Assembly (NCBI RefSeq): GCF_036365525.1
Contig: NC_090400.1
Span: 53,697,663 to 53,761,662 of the forward strand
Reading direction: 5' to 3'
From: Heterodontus francisci
Lineage: Eukaryota
Length of the DNA: 64,000 nucleotides
The translations under genes and the position numbers were made by a program. This document shows positions 50,378 to 61,479 of the stretch, piece after piece; positions within the stretch are counted from its first letter, which is position 1, and every line of letters begins with the position of its first letter. The notes below the pieces were generated by a model. That model was not told the DNA's origin and did not search any database. It saw nothing but the letters and a program-made list of their open reading frames with translations.

Positions 50378-51615
50378 ATGGATACCAAATTTCCCAGCAT
50401 GAACTGGAAGGCCTTGAATTTCCTATCCGAGTTCCAACTGTTCAAACAAAGAATACCATTATTCTTCACAGACTAAATAATTGTAGAACCAGAAAAACAG
50501 GCTGTAAAAATACTAATAGCAGTTGGAAATGAGGGATCACACAGAATCAACACATCTGGACTATCTGACGAGGACCAGAAAGATCCCACAAAGATAAGGA
50601 AAGTGCTAGAAGATCAGCTCCAATTACAAGTGAATTTTATAATTCACTGCCTGGAATTGATGTCTTGACAGGCAACAGCCACAGGAATCAATAGACCAGT
50701 TTGTCAGTGGATGCCATGGTAAAGGCAAAGAAACTGAACTGTCGGACCGAATAATGGAGCTAGTGATGGTATCGACACACCCATTGAAGCGTTTCAGAAA
50801 GACCTCTTGGGGAAAATGAAAGGTCACAGCATTGATGCGCTGCTGGAAGATGGCAGGAAATATGAACCCATTGTAGCTGGACAACAGCACCTGCAAGCAC
50901 TAGGTGCAGCCAACAGTATCGGCACCATAACCAGGTTGAAAAGAGCAAGCAAGCTGTGTGGTAAGTGCGGTCTGTCCCGCTCACAGCGAAAGTGCCCTGC
51001 ATTTCGTGACCAGTGCAAGGCGTGCGGTGCAAAAGGACACTGGGCCCACCTATGCAAGACATCTGACTCCAAAGATACAGCAGAAGCCACAGCAGGACAC
51101 AAACAAACAGAAGACAGGTGCAGCAACAGGGCAACAACAGCAAGAAGAGTGCCAGGGACCTGCGTAAATACAAGCCGATACATGAAATCCACAGCGAAAC
51201 AGACCTGAGACAATCAACCAGAAGACCAACAGGCATTCCACATTGTGAACCTGACACATCACATTGATGAAGTCAAATAACTGGAAGCTTTTGCCACTAT
51301 TAAAATCACGTGCCCAAATAAAGCTGGCAAACATACACTCAAGGTCAAGATTGACACCGGCGCTAGTGCAAATATCCTACCAGTCCGAATACTCAAAGAT
51401 ATGTACCGGAGTCGCTGGAAATCAATGATAAAACCGACAACTGCCAAGTTATCTGCATACAACGGGTCACCCATCCCTTACAGTGGCACACTAACAATGC
51501 AATGCAATTATGGCAAGTTGGCATGGAAACCACAAACATTCTACCCCGTAGACATGAGCGGACCAGCAATGGCAGAACTACCAGAGCGGAAGTACCTCAA
51601 CATCATAACTGTCAA
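50378..51615 (+). pseudogene. Retrotransposon gag-protease (disrupted)
   Basis: Zinc knuckles CGKCG...CPAFRDQCKACGAKGHWAHLC; aspartic protease KVKIDTGASANIL (GAC at 51353); LSAYNGSPIP..GTL; stops and frameshifts. Confidence 0.9.
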
Positions 51616-51676
51616 CAAGAGCATTGCCAAGGGGAAATCTCCAAGAACCAAAACCCGCTTGCAGACTCTGACCAGC

Positions 51677-52204
51677 ATCAAACGGTGCAGGCTGGAAACC
51701 CAGCAACAGCACAACCCAGCGCCTTCACTTCTGCTCTCTAGAGAACAGCACCACAACGAGCCAGAACGGACAGGTATCTCCATGAGATCAAGTACTCTTC
51801 CCCCAACAAGTCCTCAAGCTGGAGCCCCAAGATGTGGAGGATGAGGAGAGGCGAAGGACACCATAGACTTATGGCACAGAAAAAGGCCATTCAGCCCATC
51901 ATGTCTGCGCTGGCTGAAAAAACTAGCTGCACATTCTAATCCCACCTTCCAGCATCTGGTCCATAGCCTTGCAGGTTACAACACTTCAGGTGCATGTCCG
52001 GAAGAGGCAGAGGAGGAATGTCTGTTGGATCTTCGAGATGAGAATGGCAAGGCCTCAAAAGTGGTCATTTTGAGAAAAGCAACAGAGTATGTTAGCAGGC
52101 TGAAGGTAGAGCAACAGAAACTGAATGCAGAGAGGGAGAAACTTCACAAAGAACAGCAGTAGATGCGACACAATCTCCCCGAGCAAGAGTTGTCAAACCA
52201 CTGA
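51677..52204 (+). pseudogene. Captured MYC-family C-terminal fragment (Myc box IV-like, basic region, HLH, leucine zipper); most like the fish mych/N-myc type
   Basis: IKRCRLETQQQHNPA ~ LKRCH...HQHNYAAP; DVEDEERRRT; KRQRRN; CLLDLRDE; NGKASKVVILRKATEYVSRLKVEQQKLNAEREKL ~ NEKA(P/A/S)KVVILKKATEY; contains deletions, a stop and a CR1 insertion. Confidence 0.88.
51862..51995 (-). mobile_element. Short CR1-type 3' tail inserted in the myc basic region
   Basis: GCACAGAAAAAGGCCATTCAGCCCATC motif separates RRRT from (H)VRKRQRRN. Confidence 0.8.
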
Positions 52205-53715
52205 GATGATATACGGACTTTTGAGCCTCTATACTTGTAAATTTTAGAATCTATATTCCGTGTAACTAATTCTGATGTTATCTAATGTTATTTTTTTTAC
52301 TTTTAGCATACGAGACTTATCTTTGGAAAGAAAGGGGATGTTGTACGATTGCCTTTAAGAGCTATATCCCTTTAAGATCTTAATATGCAAATGACCCAAG
52401 TACCAGGATGCAGTCATGTGACTCAGAGCCAGAGTCACTCTGCAACTGTAACACCCAGTGTAAGATTTTGTAAAAAGTTAGCTCTGTACTGTATATAATA
52501 GTTTAGTTGTAAATAAACCTGTTTGAAATCTTTAACCAACTGGACTACACACATCTCATTTATGTTGCATCAAACAACATAAAATAACTCATTAGATATA
52601 CCATCTACAAGATGCACTACAGCAAGTCTCCAAGGCTCCTTCAACAGCACCTTCCAAACCCACGATGTCTACCACCCAGAAGAACAAGGGCAGCAGATGC
52701 ATGGGGAACACCACCACCAGCAAGTTCCCCTCCAAGCCACACACCATCCTGACTTGAACTATATCACCGTTCCTTCACTGTCCCTGGATCAAAATCCTGA
52801 AACTCCTTTCCTAACAGCACTGTGGGTGTACCTACCCCACATGGACTGCAGTGGTTCAAGAAGGCGGCTCACCATCACCTTCTCAAGGACAATTAGGGAT
52901 GGGCAATAAATATTGATCTTGCCAGTGATGCCCACATCCCACAAATGAATTAAAAAAGGCCCAAATTATAAGTTTTTATTTTGTTTAACTTCCTTTTTGG
53001 GACCAGAAAGAGCAGGAGTATTCATCCGTGCTCCACAGGGAAAACTTTGGCCTCCCCTACCCAAACATAAGAGCATGGCGGATGGCACCAACAGCCGACC
53101 TGCCACCTTCCGGCTCTTGGAGACCGCACAACTTTCCTGCCTCTTCCTGCCAACTTGGGGAAGAGATCAGTTGGCAGGATTTAAATGAGGTCAGGGAGTT
53201 CAAGTACCCCCGGCCTCTTTTGTGGAGCTGCGAGTGAGTTTCTAACTCACCTTACAGGAATTGGCCCAGAGTTAAAATGGGGATGATGAATTACTATGAA
53301 TTGGCCCTCTAATTTTTCCACACTTTCCTGTGGGAGTCAATCTCCACCTAAACCGTTCCACTGAGGGTGTGGCTGTGATCACATCACAGCCCTGTGAAGA
53401 ATGAGGGCTGTTAGTTTTCATTCTACCAGAATTTAAAATGGTACATTTCCTTCCTGCTCCTCATTTGCTTTTTCTCTCATAAGAATGGGAAATGAGAGTC
53501 AGATCAATCAGATCTCGGTCATCCAGTTCTTCTTTTAAGAATCTTTTTTCATCTACTCCCTGCTGAATCAGAAATTATCCCAGTTTAAGAACATGAGAAC
53601 ATTGGAACTAGGCACAGTAGTTGACAAGACAGCCCCTTGAGCCTGTGCTGCCAATCAATAAGATCATAGCTGACCTTTAACTTCAACTCCACTTTCCCAC
53701 CTGATCCCCATATCC

Positions 53716-54613
53716 CTTCTCCATTACCCCCACCACCTCGTCCCCATCCCAGGGCACCTTCCCCTGCAATCGCAGGAGGTGTAATACCTGCCCATTTACC
53801 TCCTCTCTCCTCACTATCCCAGGCCCCAAACACTCCTTTCAGGTGAAACAGCGATTTACTTGTACTTCTTTCAATGTAGTATACTGTATTCGCTGCTCAC
53901 AATGTGGTCTCCTCTACATTGGGGCGACCAAACGCAGACTGGGTGACCGCTTTGTGGAACACCTCTGCTCAGTCCGCAAGCAGGACCCTGAGCTTCAGGT
54001 TGCTTTCCATTTCAACACTCCCCCCTGCTCTCATGCTCACTTCTCTGTCCTAGGATTGCTGCAGTGTTCCAATGAACATCAACTCAAGCTCGAAGAACAG
54101 CATCTCATTTTCCGATTAGGCACACTACAGCCTGCCGGACTGAACATTGAGTTCAATAATTTCAGAGCATGACGGGCCCGCATTTTACTTTTATTTTTAG
54201 TTATTTTTTCTTTTTTACATTTTTTACAATTTTTTTTCTTTTGTTCATTTCATTTCATTGTAGTTTGTTCAGTTTGCCTACCCACTTTTTTTTTCATGTT
54301 TGTACTTGTTGCTGTTCAATATTCAGTCGGTTAACACCCTATCTCTACTAATGCTTTATCTTTCAACACACCATAAACATATTGTTTGCCTTTGCTCCAT
54401 GACCTCTTGGTCAGCTATGTGGCCTTGTCCAATCTACACCTTCTCCTTTGTTATCTCTTTCCCCACCCCCGGCTCACTTGTTTATAACCTTTGACATTTC
54501 TTATATTTGTCAGTTCCGAAGAAGGGTCACTGACCCGAAACGTTAACGCTGTTCTCTTTCCACAGATACTGCCAGACCTGCTGAGTGGTTCCAGCATTTC
54601 TTGTTTTTATTTA
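53716..54613 (+). mobile_element. Penelope-like element 3' part with GIY-YIG endonuclease
   Basis: FTCTSFNVVYCIRCSQCGLLYIGATKRRLGDRFVEH...EEQHLIFRLGTLQPAGLN; CCCCATATCC duplicated at 53706-53715 and 54614-54623; hammerhead-like motif at 54512-54548. Confidence 0.92.
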
Positions 54614-54636
54614 CCCCATATCCGTTGTTTGACTTA

Positions 54637-55117
54637 GGGCTGGATTTTACGGTGGTTGGGGGGTAGGGGGAAGCCGTCCACCAACCGAAAAGTCGGGGGT
54701 GATCCTGCCTCCGCTTGGCCTGGGGATCCAGACCAGGGCGTGTTGGGAGCAATTGGGGTTGCGGGGACAGCCCTCTGTCGGGCATAGGGCGTCTGATTAG
54801 GAGGACCCCTCCCCCGGGCCATCAGAAGGCCACCTATTTTTATCAGGCGGCTTTTCTGAGGCCTCAGCTGCCTGCCAGCCAACCGTAAAGTCCCCATGGC
54901 GGCGGGTGGAGGCCCTTAAGTGGCTGTTAGTTGGCTGCTTTAGGGCTTTGATTGGCCTGGGGCAGGCGGGCCAATTTTTCGCCGCCACTGCCCCATGAAA
55001 ATTGGCAGGGGAGGCGAGAATGGGTCAGGAAGGGCCCCCCCCACCCCCAGCCTTCCACTCCATTTTACATCCCACCCTGCCACCAGCCGCTCTTTTGGGG
55101 GCATAAAATTTCAGCCT
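54637..55117. mobile_element. GC-rich non-autonomous TIR DNA transposon
   Basis: GGGCTGGATTTTA / TAAAATTTCAGCC; preceded by TTA. Confidence 0.8.
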
Positions 55118-55667
55118 TGTTGTCCAAAAATCTATCAATCTCAGCGTTGAATGTACACAACAACTGAGCAACTACAGCCTTCTGGGGTAAAAGAATTCAA
55201 CAGATTCACAACCCTGTGAATGAAGAGATTTCTCATCTCAGTCTTAAATGCCCAACTCTTATCCTGAGACTAATCTCTAGTTAATCTCCCAGCCAGGGCA
55301 AACAGCCTCTCAGCATATTCCCTGACAAGCCCTCTCAGAATCTCATTCTTGTATATTCTAGACAGTATAGGCCCATTCTATGCAATTTTTCCTTGTAGGC
55401 CAACCCCCTCATCCCAGGAATCAATCTAGTGAACCTTTGTTGCACCCCCTCTAAGGCATGTCTAGCTGTCCTTAGATACAGGGACTAAAACCATCCACAG
55501 TACTCCAGGTGTGGTCTTACCAAAGCCCTGTGCAATTGCAGCAACACTTCCTTACTCTTGTACTCCAACCCCCTTGAGCTACAGGCCATAAAGTTTTCTC
55601 CTCAATTCTTCAATTGGTACTGCATTTGCTACTCTTGGAAGGGCTCATGTTCCCCGCATTGAGAACT

Positions 55668-56021
55668 TAGATTAGATTAGATTAGAGATACAGCACTGAA
55701 ACAGGCCCTTCGGCCCACCGAGTCTGTGCCGAACATCAACCACCCATTTTATACTAATCCTACACTAATCCCATATTCCCAAACATCCCCACCTGTCCCT
55801 ATATTTCCCTACCACCTACCTATACTAGTGACAATTTATAATGGCCAATTTACCTATCAACCTGCAAGTCTTTTGGCTTGTGGGAGGAAACCGGAGCACC
55901 CGGAGAAAACCCACGCAGACACAGGGAGAACTTGCAAACTCCACACAGGCAGTACCCGGAATCGAACCCGGGTCCCTGGAGCTGTGAGGCTGCGGTGCTA
56001 ACCACTGCGCCACTGTGCCGC
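55668..56021 (-). mobile_element. V-SINE (HE1-like), full length, (TAATC)n tail
   Basis: Intact A and B boxes and V domain. Confidence 0.94.
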
Positions 56022-56149
56022 CCTTGCTTGAGGAAGTAATTTCTTTTCCCAGGTTTAAAGTTCAGCTTTGTCAATGATCATGTCCTTGAGACCCTGTCAT
56101 TGCAATGGTAGATGAGCTTCACTTTTTCCTTCCAGAGAATTCAGCGGAC

Positions 56150-56510
56150 ATTCCAGGCAGACTCTCCCAGTCTCCGGACCGAGGGAGTGTTGCATTGTCT
56201 TTTTAATGAGACCTTAAACCGAGGCCCTATCTGCCCTCTCAGGTGGGCGTCAAAGTTCCCATGACACTATTTAGAAGAAGAACTGGGGAGCTCTCCCTGG
56301 AGTCCTGGTCACTATTTATCCCTCAACCAACAGATTATCAGGTCATTTATGACATTGCTGTTTGTGGGAGCTTGCTGTGCTCAAATTGGCTGCCTCATTT
56401 TCTGCATTTCAACAATGACTACACTTCAAAAAGTACTTGATTGGCTGAAAAGCGCTTTGGGACATTCCTGGGTCATGAGAGCTGCTTTATAAATGCAAAT
56501 TCATTCTTTT
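56150..56510 (+). mobile_element. DeuSINE (SacSINE1-like), partial
   Basis: TTAAACCGAGGCCC...TTTATCCCTCAACCAAC...TATAAATGCAA. Confidence 0.83.
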
Positions 56511-57339
56511 TGTATCACTAGTTTTCTTACTGTTTCTTGTCCGATACTTAATTGTACCCAGAAGACATTACTGAATGTCAATAGCCAGTCGAGCTGCGTT
56601 CAGTCAAGCTCAGCGTAAATTTCCAAGCGATGGTCAATATATATATTTTTTATGGTAAACTGTGTGGAAATTAACTCTAACTGAGGTGTAGGTTGCACAA
56701 GACAATAAAATGAAAATGCTCACCAATATGATTCATATCCCATAAGTGGACTCATCCACTAGCCCAGGTAATGGTCATTGCCATGAGGAGCAATCAATGT
56801 GATATCCCACAGGTCTTCATTATCTATTCTGTTTGTATTATACATTAAAAATTAATTAGGTTAAAAATTAGGTAACATTAATTAGGTAAAAAGGTAAAAG
56901 AAAGACAAGCCTCCTGGTGCTCCGTATTCCTGTGTGGTCACGGTTCCAGTGAACCTACAGGGAGGCCAAGACCTCATTAAGCAGTTGTGCACTGAGAATG
57001 TTTACGCTTTGAGCATTCACTTCAAATTAATTCTTGGATGGTTAAAAGAATATATATAATTGGAGTAATTAAATAGAGTGAGTGTCAAGGTTAGTTTTGG
57101 CCATGATTAACCTGGACACATGAGAGATCACATGGTTCAGAGGTTCACATGTTAAGATATTTATGAGACCTCTTTTTGGTGAACTTTGTCCTTGCCGATC
57201 CAGGACCTCACCCCTCTCTATCTCGGTAACCACAGGCAACCCTACAACCCTGGGTTCCTCCAATTCTGGACTCTTGCACATCCTCAATTTTCATCATTCC
57301 ATTATTGGCAGCCATACCTACAGCTGCCTAGGCCCTAAA

Positions 57340-57640
57340 AATGATACAGCACGGAAGGAGGCCATTCAACCCATCATGCTTGTGCCTGCTATTTGGTAGA
57401 GCTATCTAACGTTCCACTCCCCTGCCCTTTCCCCATAGCCCTGAGCATTTTTACCCTTCAAACATTTATTCAATTCCCTTTAAATTACTATTGAATCTGC
57501 TTCCACCACCCGTTCAGGCAGCGCATACCAGATCATAACAACTCACTGCATAAAATTGTTCTTCATCAAGTTGCCTCTGGAGTTGCCAATTACCTCAAAG
57601 CTGTGCCCTCTGTTTAACAACCCCTCTGCCACTGGAAACA
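57340..57640 (-). mobile_element. CR1 3' fragment nested in an L2 remnant (~57200-57700)
   Basis: GATACAGCACGGAAGGAGGCCATTCAACCC tail; L2 motif CTGCCTAGGCCCTAA on the left. Confidence 0.8.
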
Positions 57641-57705
57641 AAACATGTTCCCAAAGCTCTTGAATACCCTTCCTAAACCTTGCCGCCTCTCTATCTCTCT
57701 TGCCT

Positions 57706-58150
57706 GTGTCAGTCATAGCTCAGTTGGTAACACTCTTGCCTCTGGGTTCAACTTCACTGTAGGACTTGAGCACGAAAATCAAGGCTGACACTCCAGTGCA
57801 GTACTGAGGGAGTGCTGCACTGTCAGAGGCACTGTCTTTTGGATGAGACATTAAGCAGTGGCCCCATTTGCTTGCTCAGGTAGATGTAAAAGATCCAATG
57901 GCACTATTTTGAAGAAGAGCAGGGGAGTTATCCCTGATACCCTGACTAATATTTATACTTCAATCAATATCATAAAAACAGCTTATCTGGTCATTATCAC
58001 ATTGCTGTCTGTGCGATCTTGCTGTGCATGAATTGGTTGCCATGTTTCTTACATTACAACAGTGACTATACTTCAAAAGCACTTCATTGGCTGTAAAGGA
58101 CTTTGAGATGTCGTGAAAGAAGCTATAGAAATGGAGTCTTTCTTTCTTTC
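57706..58150 (+). mobile_element. DeuSINE (SacSINE1-like), near full length
   Basis: TAGCTCAGTTGG/GGTTCAA head, GTACTGAGGGAGTGCTGCACTGTC, Deu core, (TTTC)n tail. Confidence 0.9.
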
Positions 58151-58151
58151 C

Positions 58152-58270
58152 TCTGACAGAAGGTCATTGACCTGAAACGTTAACTCTGTTTTTCGCTTCA
58201 CAGATGCTTCCACACCTGCCTTTTCTGTTTCCACTTGAATTTCCAGCATCTGCAGTATTTTGTTTATATA
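58152..58270 (+). mobile_element. Penelope-like terminal fragment with degenerate hammerhead
   Basis: AGGTCATTGACCTGAAACGTTAACTCTG...TTTCCAGCATCTGCAGTATTTTG. Confidence 0.75.
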
Positions 58271-58580
58271 GGTGGCACAGTGGTGCAGTGGTTAGCACCG
58301 CAGCCTCACAGCTCCAGGGACCCAGGTTCAATTCCGGGTACTGCCTGTGTGGAGTTTGCAAGTTCTCCCTGTGTCTGTGTGGGTTTTCGCCGGGTGCTCC
58401 GGTTTCCTCCCACTGCCAAAGACTTGCAGGTGATAGGTAAATTGGCCATTATAAATTGCCCTTAGTGTAGGTAGGGAATATGGGATTACTGTAAGGTTAG
58501 TATAAATGGGTGGTTCTTGGTCGGCACAGACTCGGTGGGCCGAAGGACCTGTTTCAGTGCTGTATCTATAAATAAATAAA
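58271..58580 (+). mobile_element. V-SINE (HE1-like)
   Basis: Head, V domain and (TAAA)n tail. Confidence 0.93.
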
Positions 58581-58757
58581 GTGCAAGTTGTTGTTGTCAA
58601 AGTGTCAGATGTCTAAACTAAAACAATGCACCTATAATAATAACCCTTTAACGCATTCTGAGCAGCTAACGGGTCACTTAACATTTCAGGACGTTCTGGA
58701 AAATTGTTCAATAACAATAATTTGCAAAAATTTTGACTTACCAACATCCATTAGGGA

Positions 58758-60140
58758 AGAACACAGGAATAGGAGGAGGCCGTTTAGCCCCTCGAGCCTA
58801 TTCCACAATTTAATGAGATCATAGCTGATCTGTGGCCTAACTACATATACCTGCCTTTGCCCCATATCCTTTCATACCTTTCGCTAACTACAATCTACTA
58901 AGCTCAGATTTAAAATCAACAATTGATCTAGCATCAATTGCCTTTTGGGGAAGAGGGTTCCAAATTACTACCACTTTATGCGTGAAGAAGTGTTTCCTGG
59001 GGCCGGATTTTATTCCAGTGATGGGCTAGAAGGTGAAGGGAGAACCCACTTCAGCCCTCCGTCAGACCCCTGTAGTTATTTAACGGTGGGCAGCCATTAA
59101 CTGCATGCCGTCGGGGACACTGTCCCTTTAAGGGAAAAGCTCCCGCCTCCAGAGCTGCTGGCCAATCGGAAGGCTATCAGCTCTGCAGTACCAGCAGTGC
59201 CACTGAGAGCAGTGGCCACGGCCAGTACTGCAGTACTAAGGGAGGAGAAGACCCCAGGAGAGGTAGGTGGGGTCGGGGTCACAAGGGTCATTCAGGCAGG
59301 CCCCGGCAACATGGTGGGGGTGGTGGGGGAGGGGGGGGTGGTTGGTGAGGGAGGGGTCTTCCCGGGGAGCAGCGATTGCTGCCAGGGTGTCTGTCCGGTG
59401 GCCCTGGATTGCTCCCAAAGAAGGGACCCACCCGAGCCCCGCTTGGAGGTAGCCAGGCTTTACCTGGCAGTGTCTCACCACAGCGGATGGCCCCTCTGCC
59501 TTCAGCAAAATTGAAGTGGAGACGGGAAGAGGCCCTTGTGGCCATTAATTGGCCACTTAAGGTCCTCAATTATCCTGGGGTGGGAAGGCTGTCCTCGGCC
59601 TTCCCCACCCTGGACAAAATGGCAGGAGGTTTGGGCAATGGTGGGAATGGTGCCCAGTGCCATTTTGTTTAACTCCCCACCTCCGTGCCTGCCTCCAGGG
59701 GCAGAACAAAATTCAGTCCCTAATTTCACCCCTGAAAGGTCTGACCCTAACTTTTGACTATGCCCCCTAGTCAGAAATGCCCCAGCTATCGGAAATAATT
59801 TCTCCCAATCTACCCTATCTGTTCCTTATCATAACTTAAAAAGATCTATCAAATCACCCCTTAACCTTCTAAGTTCCAGGAAATACAACTCCAGTTTGTG
59901 TAATGTCTCCTCGTAATTTAATCCTTGGAGTCCATGCATTATTCTGTTAAATCTACGCTGCACTCCCTCCAAGGCCAATATATCCTTCCTAATGCACAGA
60001 GCTGGTCATAGTACTCCAGGTGTGATCTAACCAGGGCTTTGTGCAGCTGTAGCATAACTTCTACCCCCCCCCCCCCCCCTTGTAATCTATTCCTCTAGCT
60101 ATAAAGGCCATTATTCCATTAGCCTTTTTGATTGTTTTCT
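58758..60140 (-). mobile_element. CR1 fragment split by a TIR element
   Basis: Tail at 58758-58830; AAGTGTTTCC|TAATTTCACC junction; TACTCCAGGTGTGATCT. Confidence 0.85.
59000..59719. mobile_element. GC-rich non-autonomous TIR DNA transposon
   Basis: GGGCCGGATTTT / AAAATTCAGTCC; flanks CTG/CTA. Confidence 0.8.
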
Positions 60141-61479
60141 TTAAGATATACAGGCAGATCTTTGATGCACCGGGACTGTCCTCCAGGAGGTAGTGGAACT
60201 TCTAAGAATGGCAGTATATCTCTAGAAGAATTAGCACGCGCTCTACATGTATGGCACCCAGGTAGGAGTGGGTGTGCAGGGTAAGGCTGTGGGTTGGCTG
60301 TGGGCGTACAGAAGGCAAGAGAATAGTTTCATGGTCTGTGGAAAGCATGAGTTGGAGTAAGAGATGATGCAAAGAGTCTTGATTTCAAAACGGTGAGGAG
60401 GAAAAGTGAGTAGGACATTTTTACACATTCAAAAACTGTGATGAAGAGGCACCATGCCTGTGTTAATTCATTATTAAACTATTTTCAGTTACACCGAGAT
60501 CAAATCCAGAAAAACTAAATATTCCATCCACAGGTTTTTTGTGAAGATATAATGAGTGCAGAATACTTCCCAGGGGAATCTCAATGTGTTTTTTGCAACA
60601 AAATAATGAGTATATAATCCTTTTCTCCTGACAACGCCTCTTCTTCATTAGTTTCCTGACTGCCAGTATATGGTTCAGTGGATGTTGGTCTCCACTAGAG
60701 TCTCACCCAAAAGTGGCCATTCTTTACATGTGAACCTTAACAGCAAGGGTGTCAACATAGCCAACAGTGAAGTTTCAAGAGATCTAGCTGTGTTATTAAA
60801 ATCGTCATATAATACATCCATGTCCCTGTAGCACAGTGGTTCAAAAAGCAACAAGAAGGTTGAACTGTATGGCAGATCAGATCAGTAGAGAACAAGTTAA
60901 AAGATGTTGTGCTGAAACTGGTCAGATTGCAATTTGAGGACCGCATGGGCTTTGGTCAGTGCAACATTGAAGGATGAGCAAGGATGGATGAAGTGACTTT
61001 CTTCAGTCACGTTCCATTTTGTGATCTTACAGCAGTGGGCAACTTCAGCCTGTTTCTATCCCTGCTGAATATCTACAAGCTTGCTCATTGCATCAGAGGT
61101 TTTGGTGCCTCCAGATTTGAGTTGTCCAGTTATCTGCTGCATTCCACCCTACTGAAATACCAACTCATCCAAAACCGAGCCACCTACATTCTCTAGAACT
61201 CCAAGTTCCACTATCCCAGTACCCACCTCCTTAATGACCTTCAGGGACTTCTCATCTTTCAATATATTGAATTCTCAGTCTTGTCCTCACTTACATATTG
61301 TTCCACAGCCTATTTCTTCAACGTCCTCCAGCCTTACATCACAACCCCTGTCCTTTGGCCTTCTGATTCTAACCTCTTATGCATCCTCTCTTCCGTCTGC
61401 TCCATTATTGGTGTAGCCTTCTCAGTCCTGCTGCCTTGAATTCCCTCTCTAAGCCCTTCCATCCTGTTACTTTAATTAG

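Larger units (their letters stand above)
48964..52596 (+). mobile_element. Gypsy/Ty3-type LTR retroelement, non-autonomous, carrying a myc-family fragment
   Basis: 5' LTR 48964-49214 and 3' LTR 52339-52596; TSD TATAC at 48959-48963 and 52597-52601; PBS TGGTAGCAG at 49215; PPT GGAAAGAAAGGGGA at 52325-52338; gag and protease present, no RT or integrase seen. Confidence 0.92.
48170..52958 (+). mobile_element. CR1/L2-group LINE 3' portion hosting a SINE (48357-48690) and an LTR element (48964-52596)
   Basis: WQVTF...CQAMTISN, INILG.TIDQKL, IYKAQVRSMME; continues CATCTACAAGATGCAC at 52602; tail AATTAGGGATGGGCAATAAAT...CCCACATCCC. Confidence 0.85.
53585..55590 (-). mobile_element. CR1 fragment split by a Penelope-like element and a TIR element
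   Basis: Tail at 53585-53715; resumes TTGTCCAAAAATCTATCAATCTCAGC at ~55120; TACTCCAGGTGTGGTCT (RPHLEY on minus). Confidence 0.82.

Noticed and set aside
51677-52204. Functional host MYC gene exon
   Set aside because: Lies inside LTRs, has deletions, a premature stop and a CR1 insertion; no upstream myc exons or clear splice acceptor
55940-56021. tRNA genes at A/B-box motifs (also ~10730-10800, 25170-25255, 58271-58340)
   Set aside because: These are tRNA-derived SINE heads that continue into SINE bodies
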